The notes below the pieces were generated by a model. The model did not search any database. It was not told the DNA's origin and saw only the letters and a program-made list of their open reading frames with translations. 64,000 nt of DNA from Cycas panzhihuaensis (Eukaryota > Plantae > Cycadophyta): positions 166,725,741 through 166,789,740 of the forward strand of contig CM041465.1 in the NCBI GenBank assembly GCA_023213395.1. Direction: 5' to 3'. The stretch's first letter is position 1. Each line of letters opens with the position of its first letter. Both the position numbers and the translations under genes were made by a program. Of this stretch, positions 39,925 through 51,600 are shown one piece after another.

Positions 39925-40018
39925 TATGTGTGTGTGTGCGTATGTATACATATACATGCATGTACATATATGTGTATGCATGTATATGTATATCTTTGTG
40001 TGTGTGTGTTACATATAT
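39925..40018. repeat. Compound (TG)/(TA) microsatellite
   Basis: tatgtgtgtgtgtgcgtatgtatacatatac... runs. Confidence 0.85.
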
Positions 40019-40119
40019 TGATGTTTCCTCATTTTTAGGGTTTTTGAAAACAATATTTCCTTATTTTGTTTCCATGGGTTCAATAACATGGCCGATTTTG
40101 GTGCAAGGTAGATCGTGCT

Positions 40120-41335
40120 AATGGTTAGGAAATTAAGGTATGGGATATGTAAGTTCTTGTGGTGCCATTATTTATTCAGTCATATAGTGATAGTATTGAT
40201 TTTTATGTGATGGAAGCCATTATGATGCCATTTTCAAGGCAAAAGTGGTTGCATGTTTTTGATCTTGAAACCAATTTTTGGGAACGTACCATGAAGCTTG
40301 AACGTGGTGGTTGTCAATGTAAGGTTTGCAAACCATTTGCACGGTGTCATCCATTCAACTAAAGGAAGCATCTCGATAGCATGAGAACACACATTTATGC
40401 AATCATTATTGAGGAATAGTCAAACAAACAATTGTTCAAATGATATTGGCTATGGTTCGTGTAGCCTCTAAAGTGAGTTTGTAGTTGTATTCCTTAAAGA
40501 TTTGCCTTGTGGTTTGCCTATTGCAAGAGATGTGGACCATTATATTGAGTAAAAACGTAAAGCCAAACCCATTTCTAGATTCCTACATTATCTTAGTTTC
40601 TTTGTATAGGAGGAGGTTAAGATGCTAATCATAGAGTTGATGGAATAAAGGTTCATTCATCCAGCTAAGTTGTCATTTGAGTTCCAATTTTATCAATATA
40701 GTAAAACTAGGGTTCTATGAAAACTTGTGTAGATTATAAAGACCTAAATAAAGGCTTCATAAAGGATAAATATCCAATGCCTTAGATTCATGGTGTTTTG
40801 GATTAGTTAAAAGGTGTAGAATAGTATTCTCAAAGGTTGATTTGAGAGGTGGCTACCATCAATATAAATTTAGTCTTTAGATGTGCAGAAGAGAACTTTT
40901 AGCATATGAGATAGGCATTATGAATATTTATTCATACTATTTAGGTTGACAAATGCTTCTATTACTTTTATGATGTTGATGAATGGAACACTTTGTTCTC
41001 ACTTGAATAAATTTGATGTTGTTTTCATTGATGACATATTTATGTTTAGTTAAAAAACCAAGGATCATTGTGAACATTTAAGGAGGGTGTTATAGATTTT
41101 AAGGGAGCATAAACTATATATTAAGCTATCAAAATGTGATTTCTTTAATAAATAAATTTCTTTTGGGTTGTAGTGTCCTTAAAGATGTAGGGGTACTAGC
41201 TCCTAAGAACATCCAACCAATAAAATATTTCTATTTTCATCATGAATTGTTGGTAGTGATTCTTGCCATTAAGACCTAGAAGCACTATTTTTAAGGTAAG
41301 AAGCTTAGAATCTATGTAAATCATAAGGCATTGGT
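40120..41335 (+). pseudogene. Very decayed Ty3/gypsy PR-RT-RNaseH remnant
   Basis: LPCGLPIARDVDHYIE, DYKDLNK..KDKYPMP, FIDDI, ELLVVILAIKT*KHYF; many stops. Confidence 0.75.
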
Positions 41336-42578
41336 TCACTTCCCTTGAAAATGAGTGATCTATTAGGGGCATTTGTTGCTTAAATGTAGCAAAAGAAGGA
41401 CACAAACATGCTAAGAGAGAAATGCCTTTTATCATATGATGTAGAATTTTAGGGTCTCACAAACATTAAAAATACAATACCTTTAGTGAAATAAAATCAC
41501 TTGTATCAAACGAATATTGTTAGAGTATAATGTTTAATGTTATATGTGTCTAAGTGTGTCTTAGGGTCAATAGTCATAGTCCTAAGTATTAGGGTCTAAG
41601 AGTCATTTATTATTATAATATCATGTGGGAAGATAGAAGCTCATTGGTTAGTTAGCTGGTGTAATGTCATTGGCTATGTTAGAGGTATTTGTCCCACATG
41701 GATCACATCTCTTATACGATCTCCCACCTGTTTTGTATATAAAGGTGGTTGAGGTAGTGTATATAATCAAGTCATCATTAAGACTCATGTTGAGTCTATG
41801 ATGCATGAACGTCGTGATGTTATCTTATTTGTGTTCTGTTAATACAAGCTTTGTATTGTTCATTGATATTGTTGGTGATGAATACTTTCCCTATTAAAAT
41901 CTAACATGGTATTAGAGCAGGTTGTTTGTTAAAGCTATTGTTGTGTAGGTTCGCCATCTCTATGATAAGGGAGGAAGGTGACTCCGTTAGATTGGCTGCC
42001 AGATTGAAGAGTTGAATTGAGGAAGTGAAGTTCTAGGTCAACCTGCTGTAAGAAGAAGATTGAGAGAAGGGAAGCTCAACAATGAAAGATAGAGCATTCA
42101 AGCAAGGAGGTGGCTCCATAGAGTTCAATACCAGTTTGTGACTTAGCTCGAAGAAGATGAAGCCCTAAAGTGCCAAGTATTGATGCAAGGCATAATTTAC
42201 CGGATAATATTGCTCTTTTGCTTTGTGCAAGAAACCTTGTGCCATAGATTTGTGACTGGTTGGCTACTATATTATGGTTGTATGGTGATAGTGAAGGGTT
42301 TATACTTGTGTTTGTGTTGAAATCTATTGTGGAAATAGTTAAGAAAATTCTGTTGGTGAAATCTGAGCATGGTGTTTGTGGTCGGTGTTTATCAAGTATT
42401 AATTTTGGCTTAAAACCAACATGTAGAAATCAACCACAACTACTGCATGATAAAATTTTTTTAAGAGAAAATCTTTCACTAAGAGCCATTTGTCAAAGAT
42501 TGTTGTTGAAAGGAAAATCTGAATTGAGCTCATAAGGCTACATTGTGAAGAATCATTAGTTTTTGGAATCTATCTAAT

Positions 42579-42787
42579 ATCGCCCATTACGTAAGCGTTG
42601 CCTCCAGAGCCAAGCTTTCCAAAATATTTCTCCATATAACCCACTTCCTCTGCAAAACTCCGTTGTATCTGACATGCCTGACATTGAGAGCTAGACTGCT
42701 CGCATTGCTCAAAATCAGAGGTATTGAATAGAGCAGCTTTGTGGTCCCACAAGTCTTAAGAATGATCTTCAGAAGATAAACGAAGAG
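42579..42787 (-). pseudogene. SAMDC: Captured S-adenosylmethionine decarboxylase fragment, antisense within D
   Basis: [41 protein letters not shown] then, after an internal deletion and frameshift, [28 protein letters not shown]; matches the plant SAMDC SLFVY..IKTCGTT..PHR.F.EEV..YFGKL motifs. Confidence 0.9.
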
Positions 42788-43413
42788 AGCAAAACTTCGT
42801 GTTGTAAGTCATTAATACGACGATATTTTTATGAAGTTGCAGTCACAGTTGTGGATATATCTTAGTTGTGATAAATATTTCGTCTAATATTTGCATTGCG
42901 TCGGTCGTGTGCGATGATTGTGATATATTATCATAATCACCCGTCTGTTTATTGATGCTACCATTGATATTGTTGACGTTGTGCCACCATCTCCGCGTAT
43001 ATTTGCAGGCATCTTTTGCATGATGTAAATATGTAAAGTCATTTGGCCTGTGTTTAATCATACCTGCTGCATATTTATGTAGTATATGCGTTGATTTTTC
43101 AGCCATATACATTACAGTTGCAGAGACGTATATGCAGCCGTCATTTGAGCCGCTGCCGTGGAATATATATTGTTCACCCGTGATGCAAGTACTGCCTTAT
43201 TTACAGTCGATTGGTTAATTAAGGCCACCCTTAATAGACGCATTGATATTTATCATTTTATTAGCGATTTATATATGTTGCTTCATCATTCTATTGATAT
43301 CTTTGTCGTGGATTGTAGGCTCAAGGGCAACGCCATGTCGATTCAACAAAGTCGCAAAAGATCAGCACCGTGATAAACTGAGTGAAGCTGCTGCATCACG
43401 GTCGGACCTGATG

Positions 43414-43691
43414 AATTGATGGCACAAAACCGCTATGTTCTCCAAGCACCCCTCGAAGACACAAAACATGCCATCTATCGTAGCGAATGTTTCAGGTTTA
43501 AAGAGAAGTTGGTTGTTATGGGTATAAACCATTGCAACGACGTCCCCAAGCTTAATGTAAACTACTTTGAGCCTAGTAGAAACAAAGGATCCCGTTAAAT
43601 CCGTGCCATTCTTCCTTGCATCTGTGAGTGAGTGGGCGCTGGTCAATTCCTCTGGGCTCTCTGCAACAGATCTCTTGAAGACTGCCAATAT
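43414..43691 (-). pseudogene. Captured TSJT1/Wali7/AILP1-like (DUF3700, Ntn-hydrolase-like) N-terminal fragment, antisense within D
   Basis: (I)LAVFKRSVAESPEELTS...VVAMVYTHNNQLLFKPETFATIDGMFCVFEGCLENIAVLCHQ; start codon reads ATA instead of ATG. Confidence 0.88.
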
Positions 43692-44172
43692 TTTGGCCAA
43701 GCCAATAGTCCAACCCAGGCAAACCAAAATTGCTGTGAGGATCAAGGCACCGTCGCCTCAATCTGTAAGAACCAGATTAAAAACAGGTTAGGGTTTTGGT
43801 CTTAATGGTTCCTTTTTCTCTAAATGATGTTTAATCAAGATGAATGAGTTGGTCGAGTCCGCCAAATATTAAAGCACGGTTTTTATTTTGTCTAAATATC
43901 ATTGCGCTTGGAGTTGGTCTATTAAGTAAGTGAATATGATTCCTTAATGTTTTAATGGTGATAAAAGGTGATTATATTAATGGACAAGTAAGGAAAAATT
44001 TTAGAGTATTGTTATTGGTGTCAATATTAAAAATCATTGATTGATAATAGGTCAAGAAGGACAAGTTATTTGGTAGAAATACTTGAGTGCAGGTAAGAAA
44101 GCAAACCTTGGCTTGTACTTGGCTATGGTGAATGGTCACATAAATCTTGAGTAACACTTTCAATCCCACAAT

Positions 44173-44560
44173 ATAGAGTTAAGTGAAGTTATTACCTTTG
44201 TAGCAGAGAAAAAGGAGTTTTGGGTAACAGACACCAACATATTTTTGCTTAAATATGTTAGAGTTAACTTTTGAATTTGAAAAATTAAAATGGAATGTGT
44301 TTTCAGGATTAAAGGATTTTGGAACATTGTGCTTGGAACAATTTCAATTAATGAAGAAGGGGAGGTTACCTTCAAAAAGAAAAATAGAATAGCCGTTGAT
44401 GCAATAGTTGCAACTTTCGACAAGGAGAACCTTCATCCTTCATGTCACTTTCTTATCCAAAGACTTCAAAATATTGACTAGCTGAAGAGGCTTGGAATCT
44501 GTTAGCAGAAGTGCATGAAAAAGGTCCTGAAGAAGTGTAGAAGAGTATTAGAAGGACAAG
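44173..44560 (+). pseudogene. Copia gag N-terminal remnant of D
   Basis: KIKMECVFRIKGFWNIV...EEAWNLL; homologous to the gag remnant of C. Confidence 0.65.
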
Positions 44561-47500
44561 GAACCAAAGGAAGAAGCTGAAGAGGAAAGTTAAAAATCAA
44601 CTTGACTCTAGTAAGATCAATCCTTACAGATATTCCTACAGCGAATGAAAGGTTGAAATCTAATGAAGATAATGAAGACTTGGGTTCACCAAATGTTTTG
44701 AGCCTCACCAAGATGACAGGGAAGTCCAAAAGAGCAGAAGTTGAAGAGTCTGAGCATCAATCTTTGCAGGTAATATTTCATGGAGACACATGCACCCTGA
44801 CAGAAAGTATGGGCAATATTATCCTAGTTTGTGCTGACAGATTTGTAGCCAGAATTAAAATAATATTATGACATATAATGGTATGCACATATTGGAGACT
44901 ATCTATGATTCCTCTCAACTCAGTCACATCTTTTATTTTCATCTTTGAAAGAATTCAAATTGTAACAGCATATCTTACAATAACTCTAAAAGGTTCTTTT
45001 AAAGAAAGAAGGAACATAGATAGAATACTATATGATCAAAATCTTATCCATCAAGATAGTTGTATGTTTTGGATAGGCTACTTAATCACGAGGTCCAATC
45101 ATGCCAAAGTAATGTTCCATTTTTGTGTAGCCATAATTGGGAAATATGTGCACATAGTCATTATGAGAATCCTAATCATACTTGGTACAAAGAATTTTTT
45201 GGGTAACATGGAGAGTGCAAGGCATCTTGTTAGTTCTGGACATACATCAAAATAGGAAAAATTAGGAAAGGAATCATTATTGCTCCCTTCCTTTCAAGGA
45301 GGTGACTAATGGCTTGAAAAGTCAATCATCCTAGCAAGCTTGAAGACAAACAAGGAGGAGACTACTTGCTTCATGGAGTTGAAATCACATATAATCATGT
45401 TTGATCCAGGAAGACCACACTTTCACGAGGAACACACAAGAAGATTCATCAGACAGGAAACAAGAGGCAGCATAACAGACAAGACATACATGTTTTACAA
45501 CATTTTGGTTGAAGACAAAGCTTATGACATCGTCTTTAGAAAAATTTCAAGACTTAGGAAATGGAAGTTCAAACTCAAGTTAAGTCCTATGTCAATTTGT
45601 GTCAGTCTCGTCAAGTTGTCCTTAGTTATTGTAGTCTCAACATTAAACATTAAGGGGAGGTGCTTGAGTATAATGTTTAATATTATCTGTGTCTAAGTAA
45701 AGTGTGTCTTAGGGTCAATAGTCATAGTCCTAAGTATTAGGGTCTAACAATCATTTATTATTATAATATCATGTGGGAGGATAGAAGCTCGTTGGTTAGT
45801 TAGTTGGTGTAATGTCATTGGCTAGGTTAGAGATATTTGTCCCACATGGATCACATCTCTTGTATGGTCTCCCACCTTTTTTGTATATAAAGGTGGTTGA
45901 GGTAGTGTATATAATCAAGTCATCATTAAGGCTCATGTTGAGTCTATGATGCATGAACGTCCTGATGTTATCTTATTTGTGTTATGTTAATACAAGTTTT
46001 GTATTGTTCGTTGATATTGTTGGATATTGTTAGTGATGAATGCTTTCTATGTTAAAATCTAACAAATATACCAAGGAAGAAATGTGCATAAATACAAAGG
46101 AGACTAGTTAGTATGTGAAGTAAGTGTCCACCATATAGAGCTTGCCATTTTTATGGCTATAGTACAAATAGAATGTCTTAAAGTACAATAGAAAGTACAT
46201 ATAGTACAAGTACAAAATAGAATGATACATTAATATCTTTAACCCCGATAAACAACCCATCGCTCCCATTTCTTCCCCCCTCAAACAAAACAAAAAAAAA
46301 AGAAAGAAAGAAAGAAAGAAAAAAAAAAAGATCATACCTTTTACTCCTATTTGATTTCCAAATAATATGAACTTATCTTTGCTTAAAGGCTTAATGAAGA
46401 TGTTTGCATGTTGTACTTCACTAGGGTAGTAGATTAGCTCGATCTCTTTGTTTTGAGTTTTCTCTCCGATGAAGTGATTATGAACCTCAATGTGCTTGGT
46501 TCGAACATGAAAGATGGGATTTTTGGCAAGCTTGATTACACTCTAGTTGTTATAGTTGATTATTGTGCGATGAAGTTGAGTCTACCCGTCGTCTTTCATA
46601 ATTCTTCTCAACTAGATCACTTCACAAGTAGCCCTTATGGCTACTTTGTATTTTGTTTGGACCTCTTTCTCAATAATTGATGGTGAAGTCTCTTCAATAC
46701 CACCACCTCCGTTTAATACTAGAATTTCAATCAAGTTGGAATTTTCATCCTAGGTTTGATATGTTTGTAAACTTTGGACTTTTCATTGTAGCCTACAGAG
46801 ATGCATTTTGAGCTTTTCTCATCTAGTTTAGTCATTTTTTCTTTTGGAATATGTATAAAGGCAGTGCTTGCAAATATTCTCAAATGACTTATATCTTGAT
46901 TTTTATTGATTCAAGCTTTTTCTATGGTTCTTCCTTTAATAGCTTTTGTTAGACTTTTGTTGATGAGGTAGATTGCAGTCTTGACTGCTTTGGTCTAAAG
47001 ATTGTTTGGTATCCCCTTTCTTTTCAACATATTTCTTGCCTTTTCTGTAATTGTTTTGTTTTTCCTTTCAACCACTCCATTTGACTGAGGAGTGTAGGCC
47101 ATTGTTAATAGTCTCTTGATCCCATAGGCTTTGTAGTGTTTGTAGGAGCCATTGGAAGTGAATTCTCCTCAATTATTTCTGAAAATTTAAATTTTTTTCT
47201 AATTCTTTAAGAGATGTAGTCTTCATGCATCCACAGAGATCATTGTGCACAATTTCTAGTTTGTTTATTGCTCTCTATGATGTCTCTAGGAATTGATTCT
47301 TGTATTGTTTCTCTGTCATTCATCCTTCACATATCCTTTCATTTCCTTCTATGTTTGATAAATTATTTACCATGTTGGGTTTTTTCAGCTAAATCAGGCT
47401 TTCTGATATTTCAAATGCCTATACCTCAAGTGTCATATTTTGTTCATAGGATTTGGATTGCTTGCGTAGGAGTTGCCATGAATTTATAAAGACCATGTTT

Positions 47501-48615
47501 TGTTTCTTAAGCAATGATTTTATGGTTTTGCTTTTTGTCTTTGACTAGACATTTGTTATCTTCAAACTCAAATTTTAGTTATTTCTTGGTCATTTGAGAG
47601 ATAAAGAGCAAGCTCTTCCTTAGGCTAGGAAAAAAAGTATGTTTCCTACTTTTTTAATTTCTCCGTTTGTCATCTTCATGGGAATGACTCCGCTTCCCTT
47701 AAGAGGGTGTGGTGTTGTCTCCTAGCTCAATTGCACTACTTTCATGATGATCTTCCATGCTTTTAAACTATAGTCTTTTTGCGATGTCATATGCTGGACA
47801 CCCTTGAATCAATGTACCAGCTATCAAATGAAGTAATTTTGGTGGATAGGGTAGTTATGAGGGAAGATTGTTCTCTATTTTCTTACTCTTGATAGATCTC
47901 TAAGTATCTCTTTCTCAGGATCATCTAGGTTGCATTTGAAGAAGTTATCTTTGAGGTATATGGAAGAATGTGATCTGTGTCCTTTTCCTTGTATGCTGTT
48001 AGCTCAATAGGGTTAGTTGGGGGTTTTGTTCCTTCCACAATTTTCCATGCATTCTTTACAATTAAAATGCTCCTCGTTTTTTATTTCCCGAGTATTGAAA
48101 TTATCTCTATTGAGCTTGTCTTGCTCGAGAAGAGAATAAATGATTGCCTTTTGAGAAAATAAAAGAGATGAATAGAGTGTGAAGTTATAGACTCGAAATA
48201 GACAACAAACTCCTAGAAGGTCACACATTGGTGATCCTTCCTGTTACACCAAACAAAAAAGATGGCTTTATTTCTTGGTTTTTATTACAAACTTCCCCCA
48301 CAGATCTTAATGGTGTTTTACGAACAAATTTAATCAGAGGTAACAAGAGAGTTTGATTTGAAAGCATTCAATTATGATATAGATCAACAAAAGAATTGTG
48401 AAGCAAGTGCTTTTGCAGTGAGTTAAGACTTGGTTGGAATGATTGCGAGGATTGAGGATCAAATTCATGATTACATCGCAACAGGACTTGTGATCAAAGT
48501 TGGAATCCCACTCAGGATTTTCCTCAACTTGATACCTTGGAATTAAACACACATGAGAGGAGTTAATGGGGATCTAATGTCTGTTTGCTTTGATAGGCTT
48601 GTTGGAAGCAAGTGA

Positions 48616-51600
48616 TGCTAAGGTGTAATGTTTTATCGAGGATAGTTGAGGGTAATCTATTAATCCCTCTTTATGTAACTTAGACAAGTGTCTGACACAT
48701 GTCATTAGGACACATAATGGTTACAATTTTTCAATGTATATTTAAAGAGTACATCTCTCTCATAATAATCAATCAATCAATCTTCCTCCATTTTGTGAGT
48801 GAATTCTATCATGGTATCAGAGCAGGTAAATTCACATGTTTGAGAGGAAACTTGTCATAATCGGAGATTTTTTGTAGATTGAAAAAAGGTCAAGTATTGT
48901 GAAGGAATTAGAAGTAAGACATTTGTTTATCAGAGTATTATGAAGGAATCGAAGGAAAACAAATTTATTGCTTTGTGTACGGATATGTATAGACCTATAC
49001 GGATTTGTGCAGTCGATAAAATTCAAGGTGCTCAAATTTTGATCAAAATTCGTTAGAAGGCAGATCTTTGCATTCTTGTCACTTTTCTCAATTGGGTCAA
49101 GTTGATTTGAAGCCATTTTTAGGTATTTTTTGCCAGTTTTTCAGCCGCGCGGGTTTGGAGAGCAAATCAGAGTTTATGATCAAAGTTTTTTCAATTTAAT
49201 GGGTAAAACTTATTGCGATCTTTGTGTTTTAATGGTGCGCTCTTGTTGAGACCAGATTTGAAGAATTTTCTATGTTTTGAACATTGTTCTTAGAAACACT
49301 AGTTGCCCATTTTTGGATTTCAGGCCAGGTTTCAGCGAAACTAGAAATCATCTGTAAAAAACATTTATATATTTGGACTCCTTTTGAAGAGATCTTCGAT
49401 TTGAGGTAGCTTTCTGTTAGATCCATACACTTATAATTCCATATGGAAATTCGTATAGTTGTACGACTAGCCGCTTTATTGCCTGATTTCAGACTGGTTA
49501 TTATTTTTGCAACAAAACAAATATGCCTCTTCGATTTTGGTTCTAAATGAACAGGATAAGTTGATAGGTTCAAACTATTTTGTGTGGAAGATCAAAATTG
49601 AGATATTGCTAAGGGTTAAAAATGTCTGGAACATTGCCATTGAAGTGAAGAAGAGACCCAATGATGCTACAGCATAGCCTAGTTGGGACGAAAGGGATAA
49701 TGTTGGAGTCATAACTTTGAAATTGTCTATTTTTGACCCTCTTCTTATGTATGTTGAAAGGCTGAATTCTTTTGCCAAAATTTGGAAAGTCCTTGCAAAT
49801 TTGTATAGTCAAAAAAGTAGAGCTAGAGTTGTAGCTCTTAAAGAAGAATTGTTTAAATTACACGTGAGGGAAAATGAAGGTGTCTCTGATTTCATTCACA
49901 AAGTCACTTCGATTAGGAATGATCTTATAAGTGTTGGGGCTACCATGGTAGACCAAGAAATTATTGAAATGATTGGAAGTAAACTTCCCAAATCTTTTGA
50001 CAGTATGGTGAATTCCATAACAAACAATGATCAAATTGCCACCATGTCCCTTGATACCTTGATAGGGATGCTTCTGAGACAGGAACAAAGAAACAAAAGG
50101 TACAGAATTGGAAGATGTCTTTTTGACCAAACTTAGCTTGGGCTCGAGAGGAAGAGGATAAGCACGAGGATGAGGTCGTACACTTGACACTGGAGGTCAG
50201 TCCTGTGGAAGATGGCAGGAGAATAAAAGACGAGGTCGCTTAATTCTCCCTAGAGATGCAAAAGTTTGCTTCAATTGCGAGAAATCTAGTCATTTCTCAA
50301 GCAATTGCAGAGCATCTGCTGTCTGCTACCATTGTGGGCAGTTCGGGCATTATCCCTACCAATGCTTGTGGAGGAAAGCTGAGATCCAGATAAGGAAACG
50401 ACCAATTGGAAATTACAACAAAGAACAAGTAGATGAAAATGAGAAAGAGATAGTGTTTATCATCTCACTCATTGTTAGTCTTGAAGATGAAGTGTGGTAC
50501 ATCGACTCTAGACCTTCGAGATACATGACAGGGCGTGAAGACTTGTTTGAATCACTCAAACTCTATTCCTATAATAAGTCTGTTGAATTAGGAGATAAGC
50601 ATCCCCTCAACATCAAATGGGTCGAGATTAAAGCTATTGAATTAAAAGGTGTTGTTCAAAAGATTGGCAATATTCTAGTTGTGCTAGATTTAATAAAGAG
50701 CCTTCTCTCAGTTTCTCAGCTAAAAAAGAAAAAATTGAGAACCATATTTGATGAATAAGGGTATTGTTACATTTTAGATATGAAGAACAATGGTGCTGTA
50801 ATTGTAAAGGGAATAGAAAGTAATGATCTGTATAGATTGCTTTTGAACCCTATTGTTGCCAATAAGGATGTAAAAGCATACACTGTTGCAAATATTGATA
50901 ATAACAAATTGTGGCATTTGAACTATGGGCATATCTCCTCAGATAGATTAGAACAGTTGCATAATTCAAGAATGGTTGATGGACTTTCGAATATTGCATT
51001 TCATCATCTTGTTTGTAAAAGTTGTCTGCTTGGTAAACAACATCGTCTTCCCTTAAAAAAAATGAATGGTGAGCTAAAAATAAACTAGAATTGATACACA
51101 CTAATTTATGTGGACCTATTACTCCTTGCTCAATCAATGGTGCTCGATATTTTTTAACATATATTGATGACTTTTGTAAAAAAGTATGGATTTATTTCCT
51201 CTGTAGTAAATTTGAAGTTTTTGAAAAGTTCAAAGATTTCAAGGCAAAAGTTGGGCTAGAATGCAGATCAAAAATAAAATGCATTAGGTCAGACGAAGGA
51301 GTAGAATATATCTGAAAGTTTTGAATTTCTACAAAACACATGGAATACGTAGACAATTTACAACTCCTTATACACCATAGTCTAATGGAGTTGCTAAACA
51401 AAAAAACAAAACAATCATGGAGATGGTTTGTAGCATGATTCAAGATAGACAAATCTCAAAGACTTACTGGGCAGATGCAGTAAGTATAGTTAGTTATCTC
51501 ATAAATCGAAGTCAAATGTAGGCCTTAGATCAAATTACTTCAAAAAAAGCCTGGACTAGATGTAAACCATATGTAAGTAATTTGAGAAACTTTGGATGCC

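Larger units (their letters stand above)
41518..46064 (+). mobile_element. Complete non-autonomous LTR element D (4.5 kb) carrying captured host gene fragments
   Basis: LTRs 41518-41906 and 45661-46064 (roughly 93% alike by eye); perfect TSD AATAT; PBS TGGTATTAGAGC 41907-41918; PPT AAGGGGAGG 45652-45660; only a gag remnant, no RT or integrase motifs. Confidence 0.95.

Noticed and set aside
44560-45650. ORFs of 89-125 aa in the 3' part of D as extra genes
   Set aside because: No recognisable domains; at most faint, unverifiable pol or RNaseH remnants.
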